Below the pieces are notes generated by a model. It did not search any database. It was not told where the DNA came from and worked only from the letters and a program-made list of their open reading frames with translations. Of a stretch of DNA of 64,000 bases, positions 15,224 through 25,642 are shown one piece after another; position 1 is the stretch's first letter, and each line of letters opens with the position of its first letter. The stretch covers positions 32,001 through 96,000 of the forward strand of contig CBEVQO010000001.1 in NCBI GenBank assembly GCA_965552055.1, in the 5' to 3' direction. The position numbers and the translations under genes are program-made. The DNA comes from an uncultured bacterium (GTDB lineage: Bacteria > Hydrothermota > UBA3073 > NMUJ01 > CBEVQO01).

Positions 15224-16057
15224 TTATATTTCTATCAGTAACTCTCCACGCCTTTGAGGCTTGCTCGAACGAGTAAATCTTATCTTACCTATCATCTCGA
15301 AGAAAACTTCACTGAATTCCTTCAGGATATCCATCTCCCTTTTTGTCAAATCCATCTTCTTCATAATACAATGAGTTATGAGAGAAGATAGAAACTCCTC
15401 TTTTGTCTGGGTTTTCAATTTTACCGCTACCTTTCTACCGCTTCTTATCGCAGAAATTACCCTATCGTAATCAAATGCATAGTCCCTTTTTACTTTTTCA
15501 CTTTCCTCTTCTGGCTCTTCACCCATAATTTCTGCTCTCGCACGCTCGGTAAGAGAGACCGCAGGAAATGTATGGCTCCTGTTAAAAAACGGGTCATCAA
15601 AAAATGAATCCTTAACCTCTTTTATGAGACCTTCACGCATCAACTTCGCAGAAGGCGAAAAAATCTTACGCATAAGCAAAACATCTGTCTTATTACCATA
15701 AATCATAAAAAGAATGTTATCTGCAGGTACTTCTTCCTCCCATTTAAAAAGCAAAATCAAAATTATTAATTTTTCTACCTCATTTAATCCATATTTTCTA
15801 AAAAATTTCACAATGGGTAACTTTTCGTCATACATCTTTTCCATCTCCCAGAGAATTTTTTTCTGCTCTTCTATCCTTTGTGTCAATACTTCTTTGCTTT
15901 CTTCTTTTCTGTAATCCCTTGCATCGCTCTCCGATATCGTTTCTTCACCCATCATAAAGAGGTCGCCAAAAGGAGATTCTCTCATCAATGCTAACCTTTT
16001 CTCAAAAAGATGTACCAATTCTTCTGCTTCTTTTAAAAAAAATCTCATCTCGTCCAT
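15224..16057 (-). CDS. Hypothetical protein with winged-helix-variant-like domain (resembles the N-terminus of some AAA ATPases; no Walker motifs)
   Basis: KYGLNEVEKLIILILL...IFSPSAKLMREGLI...LTERARAEIMG; GGAGG-N5-ATG at 16057. Confidence 0.5.
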   Translation of the reverse strand: MDEMRFFLKEAEELVHLFEKRLALMRESPFGDLFMMGEETISESDARDYRKEESKEVLTQRIEEQKKILWEMEKMYDEKLPIVKFFRKYGLNEVEKLIILILLFKWEEEVPADNILFMIYGNKTDVLLMRKIFSPSAKLMREGLIKEVKDSFFDDPFFNRSHTFPAVSLTERARAEIMGEEPEEESEKVKRDYAFDYDRVISAIRSGRKVAVKLKTQTKEEFLSSLITHCIMKKMDLTKREMDILKEFSEVFFEMIGKIRFTRSSKPQRRGELLIEI

Positions 16058-16074
16058 TTTACCCTCCTTCAAAT

Positions 16075-16101
16075 ATTATAATCCAAATTTTAAAAAGTCA
16101 A
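16075..16101 (-). promoter_or_regulatory. Promoter TTGACT-N15-TATAAT
   Basis: Read directly; followed by SD and ATG 16057. Confidence 0.75.
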
Positions 16102-16130
16102 ATAATTTTATACGATTCTTGCTTAATATA

Positions 16131-19100
16131 ATGATGGAAAAAATAATGAATGAAAAGTGTGCAATCATATTAGCTTTTAACGGTTTAAAGAAAGAAAAAG
16201 AATTAATTAAATGGATAAAGGAAATTAAAAAATGCACTTTTTATCCTCATGAAATAATTATTGTGTCAAATAAGGATTTAAAAGAAATTTCAGAGTATGA
16301 TGCAAAGGTGATAGAGGCAAGGCATTCATCTAACATTGCCTATATGTTTAACAAAGCGATACTTCTTACCGATGCCAACTTCATTATTTTCTTTTTCGAT
16401 TTATTTTATCCAACAAAAGGCTGGCTCTCTCCTTTAATAAAATTTCTTCAAAAGGACGATGTTGGTATCGTTTTTCCGAAGATAATTTATAAAAATGGGA
16501 AAATTTACTTCGCTGGTATTGCCTGGACTCCCAAATACACATTAAAATTTTTATATAGAAACATTCTTAAACATTCTCATCCTGCTGTCAATAAGATAAA
16601 AGAATTTCAAATTGTTAGTGAATGCTTCGCTACAAAAAAAGATAAATTTATATTAGCAGGCATGTTCGATGAAAATTTAAAACTTTTTGAGATCGATTTC
16701 TCTTATAAAATAAGGAAAATGGGATTCAAAATTTATCGCATACCACAAAGCACTTTGATATTTAAGGGTAAAAAGAAAGCAGATGAATATAAAGGAGATA
16801 ATGTAGTAGCAATTACAGATATTTGGATTAAAGACATTAAAAAGGACGAGTATACACATTATAAAGAGGATGACTTAATACCTGTCGGTAAAAAATTCAA
16901 AAAGTTCAAAAAAGGAAAGATAGCGATTTTCATTAAAAATTATTTCAAAATAGGGAAATATAAATTTTATTTCAACACTTCGAAATTAAAGAAAGAATTG
17001 ATCAAAAATGGTTATGAAGTTCATTTTTATCGCAATAATGTATTGGATAAAGCGAATTGTGAAAGCTTTGTAATTTTGACATCGGATCAGCGTACATCTC
17101 TGACCGATGTTCAAAAATTAATCAAATACTTAAAAAAAGACGAAGTCGCATGTGTATTCGGAATAGATTATTCACCTATAAGTCCTTTTTCGTGCTTTTT
17201 CGGTATAAAAACATACTTATATCATCAATTTAAAAATTATTATGGAGAATTAGAAATAGAATTTGTACCAGAATTAATAAAGCAACTGAAATTTATAGCA
17301 TATAATAATGAACAAAAAATATCTGCAATAAAATTAGAGAGGGAAAGATTACCCTTTAAATTTAAAAATCTTTCTTTCAAAAAAGAAAAGAAACCTCTTG
17401 TTTCGATTATCATACCTGTTTATAACAAATGGGAGTATACTTATTTCTGTCTGCTCGCCCTGAAAGAAAATACAAAGGATGTAAGTTATGAAGTGATTGT
17501 CATTGATGACTGCTCCACTGATTTTACCAAAGAAATGTTATCAAAGATTAAGGGCATAGAAGTAATAAGAAACAGCTCTAATCAGGGCTTTTTAAGAAAT
17601 TGTAATAAAGGGGCAGATGTCGCAAAAGGCAAATATCTTTTATTCTTAAATAACGATACCATACCTTTGAAAAATTGGCTTAAATATTTAATTGAAATAG
17701 CGGAAAAAGACCCTAAGGTAGGCGCTGTGGGAGCCAAATTAATTTTTCCTTCGGGAGCATTACAGGAAGCCGGTGGAATTGTATGGAATCATCCTGTTCA
17801 CTTTGGATGGAATTATGGAAAAGGACATTCTCCTGATTGGTATGAATTCAATTATGTAAAAGAAGTAGATTATTGCAGTGGAGCATGTTTACTCGTAAGG
17901 AGAGACCTTTTCTTTGCTGTTGGCAAATTCGATGAGCGGTATTCACCCGCATATTGCGAAGATACTGATTTGTGCTTTAAAATAAGAAAAGCGGGTTACA
18001 AAGTTGTTTATCAACCCAAATGTACAATCATACACTTTGAAGGTATATCATCGGGTAGAGACCTTACATCGGGTGTAAAGAAATATCAATTATTAAATCA
18101 ATTCAAATTTCACGAAAAATGGAAAGAAACCCTTGAGAAAGAACATTTTCAACCAGGTGAGCATGTTTTCCTTGCAAGAGATAGGTCTAAATTTAAAAAA
18201 ATATTATTATTTATTGATGCTGCAACCCCAACATGGGACAAAGATGCAGGTTCCCTCTCAACTTTCCAATATTTAAAACTCTTAAAAGAGATGGATTTCA
18301 AAATAATTTTTACAACACCATTTTTACTAAAGGTTGAACCTTACACTTCTTATCTACAATCTATGGGTATTGAAGTCATTTATGGAGCAATAGACTTTGA
18401 AAAATGGCTTTCTTCTTACGGTTCTTATATTCACTATGTATGGATTTCACGCCCCAATACTGCTTTATCTCTCGGTGAACTTATAAAGAAATACACAAAT
18501 GCAAAAATACTTTATTGTATGCATGATCTACATTTCTTAAGAAAAATGAGAGAGTATTCTTTTACTAGAAATTCTAAAGACCTTGAAGAGAGTTATATGT
18601 GGAAAAAAGTAGAAAGTCATGCTTTTAACATTGCGGATATAATATTAACATTTTCCCATAAGGAGAAAGAAATATTAGAAGGAAATCTAAAAGGAAAAAA
18701 AATTTGCGTCATCCCCTTATTTATTTTTGATAAAATACCTGTTAATGAGCCACCTCTCTTTAAAGAGAGAAAAGACATCCTTTACTTAGGTGGCTTTAAA
18801 CATTCACCTAATATTGATGCTGTTGAATGGCTCATTAAAGACATATATCCTTCTTTAAAGAAAAAAACAAAGGCAAAATTATACATTGTGGGAAGTGAAC
18901 CACCCGATGAAATAAAAAAGCAATCTTCACGATGGATTAAAGTAACAGGTTTTGTAGAAGATATTACTCCATTTTTTAATCGTATGCGAATATTTTTATC
19001 ACCCCTTAGATTTGGTGCTGGTTTAAAAGGCAAAATAGTAATGAGCATGGCTCACGGTCTGCCTGTTGTCACAACTCCTATAGGAGCCGAAGGATTCTTA

Positions 19101-19277
19101 TCAGATGAAATAATGATAGTTAGAGAAAATGCAGAAGAGATTATTGATGCGGCCGCAGAAATTTACACAAATGAAAAATTATGGAAAAAAATACAAGAAA
19201 ATGCCCTTGAATATGTAAAAGATAATTTCTCTAAATCCAAAGCACAAGAAATACTAAAAGAAATATGCGAAATATGA
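16131..19277 (+). CDS. Multidomain glycosyltransferase (degenerate GT2 + GT2 + GT4-like)
   Basis: VSIIIPVYN, VIDDCSTD, FLNNDT, EDTDLC; C-terminal GGFKHSPNIDA, PLRFGAGLKGK, GLPVVTT. Exact start uncertain (16119-16146). Confidence 0.9.
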   Translation: MMEKIMNEKCAIILAFNGLKKEKELIKWIKEIKKCTFYPHEIIIVSNKDLKEISEYDAKVIEARHSSNIAYMFNKAILLTDANFIIFFFDLFYPTKGWLSPLIKFLQKDDVGIVFPKIIYKNGKIYFAGIAWTPKYTLKFLYRNILKHSHPAVNKIKEFQIVSECFATKKDKFILAGMFDENLKLFEIDFSYKIRKMGFKIYRIPQSTLIFKGKKKADEYKGDNVVAITDIWIKDIKKDEYTHYKEDDLIPVGKKFKKFKKGKIAIFIKNYFKIGKYKFYFNTSKLKKELIKNGYEVHFYRNNVLDKANCESFVILTSDQRTSLTDVQKLIKYLKKDEVACVFGIDYSPISPFSCFFGIKTYLYHQFKNYYGELEIEFVPELIKQLKFIAYNNEQKISAIKLERERLPFKFKNLSFKKEKKPLVSIIIPVYNKWEYTYFCLLALKENTKDVSYEVIVIDDCSTDFTKEMLSKIKGIEVIRNSSNQGFLRNCNKGADVAKGKYLLFLNNDTIPLKNWLKYLIEIAEKDPKVGAVGAKLIFPSGALQEAGGIVWNHPVHFGWNYGKGHSPDWYEFNYVKEVDYCSGACLLVRRDLFFAVGKFDERYSPAYCEDTDLCFKIRKAGYKVVYQPKCTIIHFEGISSGRDLTSGVKKYQLLNQFKFHEKWKETLEKEHFQPGEHVFLARDRSKFKKILLFIDAATPTWDKDAGSLSTFQYLKLLKEMDFKIIFTTPFLLKVEPYTSYLQSMGIEVIYGAIDFEKWLSSYGSYIHYVWISRPNTALSLGELIKKYTNAKILYCMHDLHFLRKMREYSFTRNSKDLEESYMWKKVESHAFNIADIILTFSHKEKEILEGNLKGKKICVIPLFIFDKIPVNEPPLFKERKDILYLGGFKHSPNIDAVEWLIKDIYPSLKKKTKAKLYIVGSEPPDEIKKQSSRWIKVTGFVEDITPFFNRMRIFLSPLRFGAGLKGKIVMSMAHGLPVVTTPIGAEGFLSDEIMIVRENAEEIIDAAAEIYTNEKLWKKIQENALEYVKDNFSKSKAQEILKEICEI

Positions 19278-20092
19278 AAAAAGTGATCGAAGAAGAGGTG
19301 TTTCTTCATAGGCTGTTAACAAGTCATATAAGAGTGCTACCGGACTTTATTATCATCGGAGCGCAAAGATGCGGTACAACTTCCCTATACAACTACTTAT
19401 CACAACACCCTTGTGTTGTCCCTGCTTTGGTGAAAGAAGTACATTTTTTTGATATTAACTTTCATAAAGGTATTCATTGGTACAGAAGTCACTTCCCAAC
19501 TTTTTTAGAAAAATATAAACAAAACATCATCACAGGAGAAGCAAGTCCTTATTATATTTTCCACCCACATGCCGCTCGAAGGATTTTTAAAATAATTCCT
19601 CAAGTTAAATTAATAGTATTGTTAAGAAACCCTGTTGACAGGGCTTATTCACATTACCATCACGAAGTAAGAATAGGAGCCGAAACTTTATCCTTCGAAG
19701 AGGCTATAGAAAAAGAAAGCGAAAGATTAAAAGGCGAAATAAAAAAGATGCTTGAAAATGAAAATTACTACAGTTTTAATCACCAGCATTATTCATACCT
19801 GTCTAGGGGGATTTATATAGACCAAATAAAAGTTTGGATGAGTCTTTTCCCTAAAGAACAGATTTTGATAATAAAAAGTGAAGATTTCTATGCAAATCCT
19901 TCTGCAGTCTTTAGACGAGTTCTCGAATTTCTGAATTTACCAATCTGGGAGCCTAAAGAATATAAAAAATTTAATTATGCTAACTACCCAAAAATGAATC
20001 CTGCTACAAGGAAGCGCTTAATCAAATTTTTCGAACCCTATAATCAAAAATTGTATGAATATTTAGGCGTTAATTTTGGCTGGGATAGATGA
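19274..20092 (+). CDS. PAPS-dependent sulfotransferase (heparan-sulfate sulfotransferase-like domain)
   Basis: PDFIIIGAQRCGTTSL (5'-PSB), KEVHFFD, GEASPYY, LRNPVDRAYSHY (3'-PB); ATGA overlap with the GT stop. Confidence 0.92.
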   Translation: MKKVIEEEVFLHRLLTSHIRVLPDFIIIGAQRCGTTSLYNYLSQHPCVVPALVKEVHFFDINFHKGIHWYRSHFPTFLEKYKQNIITGEASPYYIFHPHAARRIFKIIPQVKLIVLLRNPVDRAYSHYHHEVRIGAETLSFEEAIEKESERLKGEIKKMLENENYYSFNHQHYSYLSRGIYIDQIKVWMSLFPKEQILIIKSEDFYANPSAVFRRVLEFLNLPIWEPKEYKKFNYANYPKMNPATRKRLIKFFEPYNQKLYEYLGVNFGWDR

Positions 20093-20100
20093 TAGAGCCC

Positions 20101-21333
20101 TCATAGATATCCGAGACCCTTTAATCTTTCAATCACTTCTTCTTCCTTTACTTCAATGTGTTTCCTTTCTAAACCATCATCATACGAATCTATATAACTT
20201 ATTTCTAATGGACGCTCAAATATATCTTCAAGAATCCTGCCATCCATATCCTTCGCGACCGGTAAACCAAGAAGCCAAAGAATAGTTGGAACTATATCAA
20301 CATCTCTTATCTCACCTTTATCACCCGGTTTTATATCGTTGCCATAAGCAATAAATACTCCGCCATCCCTATGTGTACCAGTCAAAAATACTTCAAAATC
20401 TTTCCCCTTTAGTTTTATTTCATCTTCTCGCATGGCTCTTGCACCGTGGTCAGAAACGATAAACAATATGCTTTTATCAGATAAGAAAAACATTAATTCT
20501 CCCAAGAATTTGTCAACATATCTGTAATACCTTTCTATCACATTACCGAAGGATTTTATCCCCTTTTCATTTATTTGTATAGTTTTATATCCTTTGAATT
20601 CTTCAGGAAAAGAAAAAGCCCAAAATCCATGACATACATAATCAATTCCTTTCAAATAAAATAAGCAAACTTCTGGTTTAAATCTTCTGAGTAATTTCCA
20701 AGCCATTCTCCTTATAGTTTCGTCTTCCTTCAAAGGCGTCACCAATCTACGGAAAAATAAATGATTATATATCCATTCTTCGCTCCCGTATTCAAATCTT
20801 TTTTTGTAATCTCTCACTGGTGTAAAATCAGTGAATCTCTTTGCTATCTCTACATCATCAAACTTAGGCAAAAAATAATATAAAAATTTGGGATAACAGA
20901 AATCAATATGCTTTGCAAAATGAAAATCTCCCACTGCAAATCCATTTAATGGCTTCACAGGATATAAAAGCAACCAGCCAAAAACTCCTACACTTTTGCC
21001 TTGCTCTGTTAAAATTTCCCATAATCTTTTCACCTTTACATCCTCACCTGTAAGCAAATTACCTTTTTCATCCACAAAATGATTTATGCCATGTTTATCT
21101 TTAAATTTACCAGTGGCTATTGATGTCCATGCTATTGGAGAAAATGGATCTGTCTTTAGTATACCTCTTGCACTTCTTTCAAAAACTTTTTTAAAATTCG
21201 GCATTAGTCCCTTTTCAATATAATTTGTAAGCAAACGCCAGTCAAGTGCATCTATGCCAAGTAGTACTATCTTCAAATGATCAGACCATTTAACATCCAA
21301 TTTGCTCATCAGAGAATATAAAATCTTATCCAT
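20101..21333 (-). CDS. Alkaline phosphatase superfamily protein (type I phosphodiesterase/nucleotide pyrophosphatase-like)
   Basis: LGIDALDW, SPIAWTSIATG, DYVCH, VSDHG, DIVPTIL, ERLKGLGYL. Confidence 0.88.
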   Translation of the reverse strand: MDKILYSLMSKLDVKWSDHLKIVLLGIDALDWRLLTNYIEKGLMPNFKKVFERSARGILKTDPFSPIAWTSIATGKFKDKHGINHFVDEKGNLLTGEDVKVKRLWEILTEQGKSVGVFGWLLLYPVKPLNGFAVGDFHFAKHIDFCYPKFLYYFLPKFDDVEIAKRFTDFTPVRDYKKRFEYGSEEWIYNHLFFRRLVTPLKEDETIRRMAWKLLRRFKPEVCLFYLKGIDYVCHGFWAFSFPEEFKGYKTIQINEKGIKSFGNVIERYYRYVDKFLGELMFFLSDKSILFIVSDHGARAMREDEIKLKGKDFEVFLTGTHRDGGVFIAYGNDIKPGDKGEIRDVDIVPTILWLLGLPVAKDMDGRILEDIFERPLEISYIDSYDDGLERKHIEVKEEEVIERLKGLGYL

Positions 21334-21368
21334 CACTTAATTTTTAACAATTATCGTGTCTTTATGTT

Positions 21369-21683
21369 TTATTTCCTAATATATTTCTTAAACAAATTGA
21401 ACTCTTTTTGTGACTCCTTTTTCTGATTCAATCTTCTTCTTATCAATCCTATGAAAAAGTGGGGAGCTGGTTCATCTTTCTTTAAAAATGATGCTATCCT
21501 GAAATATTCGAGAGCTTTTAAAATTTTGCCCTGTGCCTCTTTTACCAGCCCGAGAGCATAATATCCCCAAAAACTCTTTTTATTTTTGCGTATAAATCGG
21601 CGACAAATTTTTTCCGCTTCTTTCAATTTGCCTTCACAAAGTAATCTTTCTACATCAGAAAAAAATTCCATTCGCAACTGCAT
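21369..21683 (-). CDS. Small TPR protein
   Basis: GYYALGLV...G...A...F and APHFFIGLI TPR-like helices. Confidence 0.65.
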   Translation of the reverse strand: MQLRMEFFSDVERLLCEGKLKEAEKICRRFIRKNKKSFWGYYALGLVKEAQGKILKALEYFRIASFLKKDEPAPHFFIGLIRRRLNQKKESQKEFNLFKKYIRK

Positions 21684-22296
21684 AAACTTCCTTCTTCAAA
21701 AATTCTTTTACCTCTTCCCATTCAACCTGCTTTATCATCCTGGGCATCGGTTCCTTCTCTGCATCATCAAAATACAAAAGGGATTTCAAAGCAAGTGTTT
21801 CAAAACTTTGATAAGCAGGGAATTTCTTCTTGCCAAGTTGCAAAAGCTCATAAAGGTTTATTTCCTGCAAAATAAAATATAAATCAATAAAATCTTTCTT
21901 TTCACCCCTTCCTATTATTGCACTTATTTTCATCAAACCAATATCTTCAATGCTCGCAATCTTTATCCCGTTAAAATCTACTAAAGGTTTAACTAAATCA
22001 TAGGGATAGTGGAAAAAAGAAATTAAAGTTATTCCCTTGCGTATCTCAAGTGTGCCTTCTTTTTCTGCCAGAATTTTAAAATCCCATAACTTTTTTAATC
22101 TTTTGATAAGTAAAGCTCTATCTTTATTATCGAGTTTTTTGCCTTTTGAAAATAAATCGACATCTACAGAGATTCTGTGATTCAAAAGGATAGATAAACC
22201 TGTGCCACCTGCGAGATAAAAATCTGAAAAAATATTTATTTTTTGCAAATCTTTTAAAATTTTCTTTACCCTCGGTGGTAAAATCTCAAACCCCAT
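21655..22296 (-). CDS. AbiEii/AbiGii-family nucleotidyltransferase (putative toxin)
   Basis: FYLAGGTGL, HRISVDVDLF, MKISAIIGRGEKKDFIDLY. Confidence 0.88.
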   Translation of the reverse strand: MGFEILPPRVKKILKDLQKINIFSDFYLAGGTGLSILLNHRISVDVDLFSKGKKLDNKDRALLIKRLKKLWDFKILAEKEGTLEIRKGITLISFFHYPYDLVKPLVDFNGIKIASIEDIGLMKISAIIGRGEKKDFIDLYFILQEINLYELLQLGKKKFPAYQSFETLALKSLLYFDDAEKEPMPRMIKQVEWEEVKEFLKKEVYAVANGIFF

Positions 22297-22528
22297 TTAA
22301 AATAATTTCCCAGAAATTGTAATCTCTTTTATCAAGGCGCTTTTTACCCTTTATTCTTAAAAACTCTTTAACTTTTTCTTTAGAATAATTTTTAAAAAGC
22401 CATCTTATTTCTTTTACTCCGCCATAGCGTAAAATCCGCTCAATCACAATATCCGAATGCTTATCCAAATCAATGGATTTTATATCAAATTCGGGAAAAA
22501 GATAGGAAAATTGCGATGGTAAATTCAT
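22286..22528 (-). CDS. Small DUF6922-like protein, putative antitoxin partner
   Basis: IVIERILRYGGVKEIRWLFKNY...NFW pattern; overlaps the start of the AbiEii gene. Confidence 0.7.
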   Translation of the reverse strand: MNLPSQFSYLFPEFDIKSIDLDKHSDIVIERILRYGGVKEIRWLFKNYSKEKVKEFLRIKGKKRLDKRDYNFWEIILNGV

Positions 22529-23328
22529 TTCCTGTAAAAGTATCTGCCTTCTTTTTTCACAACATCAAAAAATTTATAACCATCAGGAATATAAATATCA
22601 AAAGTTGTAATTATACCTGCTTCTCTTAATCTTTCCTTTAAAAAATTCAATAATTTCTCAAAATTTTGTGGTTCTTCCCTGAATATCATTTCTCTACAAA
22701 GTATTATGTCGAATACATCATCGGGCAATGATTTTTGTAAAATTATTTTAAAAGGCAAATTCTCAAATCTTATTTTCATTTTCTTTTTGAAATCAACAGA
22801 AAACAATAGCTGGTGTTTTGCAACACGAAAAACCCTTTCATACATTTTTGTATCCATGTTTACCGATTTTTCAATGTTATAAACACCTTTCTTTGCTTCC
22901 TTAATCCAGTAATCACTTGGCTCTACTCCGTAAAATACAACATCCCAATCATGTAAAACCTGCCAGAAATATGCGGACATAAGAAAAATAAAAGAATAAA
23001 ACTCTTCCCCTGTCCTGCAACCCAAAAACAAAATCCTTAAACTTTTATCATCTTCCCTTTTTCTTATTATTTCTGGGATAAATTCTTTCCTTAAAATTTC
23101 AAATGTATCTTCATCTTTAAAAAACTTACTCCTCGTATTGAGAACATCGCACAAATATTGATGGAATAAAATTTTTGAATATGGTTGAAATTTTATGTAA
23201 TAATAAAATTCTTCATCGGTTTTTAATTTTAGTTTTCTTTTCATTTTTTGAATCGCTTCTCTTATCTTACCATCGGGTAATGATTTAAAATCTGTTATTT
23301 TTTTAACTTCAAGAAGAAGTTGCGTCAC
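22525..23328 (-). CDS. CheR-like SAM-dependent methyltransferase (divergent)
   Basis: SKFFKD, LGCRTGEEFYS, AKKGVY, FDIILCR. Confidence 0.75.
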   Translation of the reverse strand: MTQLLLEVKKITDFKSLPDGKIREAIQKMKRKLKLKTDEEFYYYIKFQPYSKILFHQYLCDVLNTRSKFFKDEDTFEILRKEFIPEIIRKREDDKSLRILFLGCRTGEEFYSFIFLMSAYFWQVLHDWDVVFYGVEPSDYWIKEAKKGVYNIEKSVNMDTKMYERVFRVAKHQLLFSVDFKKKMKIRFENLPFKIILQKSLPDDVFDIILCREMIFREEPQNFEKLLNFLKERLREAGIITTFDIYIPDGYKFFDVVKKEGRYFYRK

Positions 23329-25642
23329 CGATTGCTATCCTTACCACATCCTCTATTTTATCAACAAATTCAAATTTTAATCCTTCTTTTATATGCTCTG
23401 GCACTTTATCCAAATCTTTTTTATTCCATTTTGGCAAAATAACTGTTTCTATTCCTGCTCTTTTTGCAGCTGTTACTTTTTCTCTTATTCCACCTACTGG
23501 TAATACTTTTCCTGTCAATGTTATTTCTCCTGTCATCGCTACCTTTGGATTTACTGGTTTTTGTGTGAAAAGTGATACAAGTGCTGTTGCTATTGCTACT
23601 CCTGCGGAAGGTCCGTCTTTGGGTATAGCACCTTCTGGCACATGAACATGCACCGTGCACTTATCGAAAGCTTCTGGTTTTATTCCGAATTTTTGAGCAT
23701 TTGCTCTCACATAGGTCAAAGCAGCGTGCGCTGATTCACGCATTATATCACCAAGATGACCTGTCAGAATTAATTCTTCTTTGCCTTTCATTTTTGCTGT
23801 TTCTATAAAAATTATGTCGCCTCCAAAAGGTGTCCAGCTGAGACCTGTTGCCACACCCACTTCGCCCTGACGCGCAGCAACTTCAGAGTAATATCTGGGA
23901 GGACCCAAAAATTCTTCAACCTTATCGGGAGTTATTACCACTTTCATCTCCTTACCGCTTGCTATCTCTTTTGCCACTTTACGCAAACACGCTGCTATCT
24001 CACGCTCAAGATTGCGAACACCCGCTTCTCTCGTATAATCCGTTATTATCTTCTCAATAGCAGACCTCGTAAATTTAACAACTTCAGGAGTTAAGCCATT
24101 TTCTTTTATTTGCCTTGGAATCAAATAATTTTCTGCGATTCTTAATTTATCTTCAAGAATATATCCAGGGATTTCAATTATTTCCATTCTATCTCTTAAT
24201 GCTGGAGGTATCGTATCAACTCTATTTCCTGTTGCTATAAATAAAACTTTTGATAGGTCAAAAGGCACTTCGAGATAATGGTCAGAGAAGCTGTGGTTTT
24301 GCTCTGGGTCGAGCACTTCTAACAGTGCAGCAGAAGGGTCGCCTCTAAAATCTGCTCCAATTTTATCAATTTCATCAAGCATAAATACTGGATTTTTTGT
24401 ACCTGCGCGCCTTATTCCCTGAATTATCCTGCCGGGCAATGCACCAACATAAGTGCGCCTGTGACCCCTTATTTCTGCCTCATCCCTTATACCACCGAGC
24501 GAAATGCGAATGAATTTCCTGCCAAGAGCACGCGCTATGGACATACCAAGGGATGTTTTGCCCACACCTGGCGGTCCTATAAAACAAAGAATAGGACCTT
24601 TTGTATCTTTCCTCAATTTTCTTACAGCAAGAAATTCCAAAATTCTTTCTTTTACATCCTCAAGGTCATAATGGTCTTCATCCAGAATTTTCTTGGCTCT
24701 TTCAACATCAAGATTATCTTCGGTTTCAACAGACCATGGCAGATTTATAAGCCAGTCAAGATATGTTCTTATAACGGTGTATTCAGCAGCGGCTATCGGC
24801 ACCTTTTCCAATCTTGCTAACTGTCTTAATGCCTCTTCTTCTGCTTCCTTGGGCATTTTTGCTTCTTTTATTTTCTTCCTCAATTCTTCGATTTCTGCTT
24901 CTTTTTCATCAAGTTCACCCAATTCTTTTTTGATAGCTTTTAATTGTTCTCTCAAAAAGTATTCTCTCTGGGTTTTATCAATCTCCTCTTTTACTTCTTC
25001 TCTTATTTTTTCTCCAATTTTCAAAATGTTTTCTTCTTTAACAAGAAGTGGTATCAATTTTTGCAATCTTTCTTTTACATTTATCGCTGCCAAAATTTGT
25101 TGTTTTTCTTCTGTTTTTAGATTCACCTGAGATGCTATAAAATCTGCGAGTTTACCTGGCGATGTTATATTTTCAACTACTATTTTTGCCTCATCTGATA
25201 GATATGGTGCTCTATCCACTATCCTTGCAAATACGGATTTGACACTTCGCATAAGGGCTTCTGTTTCAACATCTATTTCTTCTTCTTTTTCTTCAATAAC
25301 TGTCACTTCACCAACAAGATAAGGTTCTTCTTTTATTATTTTGTCGAGTTTTATTCTTTTCATGCCCTGTACGAGTATTTTTACAGTGCCATCGGGTATT
25401 TTTAACATTTTCAAAATTACAGCCATTACACCGACTTTATGGATATTATCGGGATTATGAGGGTCTTTCTGTGGGTCAATTACCGTAAAAGCTGCCAGTA
25501 GTTTGTCTTTTGTAACAACTTCATCTATCAATTTAACTGACTTGTCGTCCGTTGCTGTAAGTGGTACCGCAAGAAATGGGAAAATGACTATATTCTCTAC
25601 AGGTAATATTGGCAATGTCTTTTTTTCTTCTTTTTTAATCAT
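23309..25642 (-). CDS. lon: ATP-dependent protease La
   Basis: GPPGVGKTS, IRGHRRTYVGALPG, PKDGPSAG, GGIREK. Confidence 0.98.
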   Translation of the reverse strand: MIKKEEKKTLPILPVENIVIFPFLAVPLTATDDKSVKLIDEVVTKDKLLAAFTVIDPQKDPHNPDNIHKVGVMAVILKMLKIPDGTVKILVQGMKRIKLDKIIKEEPYLVGEVTVIEEKEEEIDVETEALMRSVKSVFARIVDRAPYLSDEAKIVVENITSPGKLADFIASQVNLKTEEKQQILAAINVKERLQKLIPLLVKEENILKIGEKIREEVKEEIDKTQREYFLREQLKAIKKELGELDEKEAEIEELRKKIKEAKMPKEAEEEALRQLARLEKVPIAAAEYTVIRTYLDWLINLPWSVETEDNLDVERAKKILDEDHYDLEDVKERILEFLAVRKLRKDTKGPILCFIGPPGVGKTSLGMSIARALGRKFIRISLGGIRDEAEIRGHRRTYVGALPGRIIQGIRRAGTKNPVFMLDEIDKIGADFRGDPSAALLEVLDPEQNHSFSDHYLEVPFDLSKVLFIATGNRVDTIPPALRDRMEIIEIPGYILEDKLRIAENYLIPRQIKENGLTPEVVKFTRSAIEKIITDYTREAGVRNLEREIAACLRKVAKEIASGKEMKVVITPDKVEEFLGPPRYYSEVAARQGEVGVATGLSWTPFGGDIIFIETAKMKGKEELILTGHLGDIMRESAHAALTYVRANAQKFGIKPEAFDKCTVHVHVPEGAIPKDGPSAGVAIATALVSLFTQKPVNPKVAMTGEITLTGKVLPVGGIREKVTAAKRAGIETVILPKWNKKDLDKVPEHIKEGLKFEFVDKIEDVVRIAIGDATSS

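Noticed and set aside
15109..22528. Genomic island integrated at tRNA-Glu
   Set aside because: The accessory genes lie on the tRNA 5' side; no integrase, and no duplicated tRNA 3' end was seen
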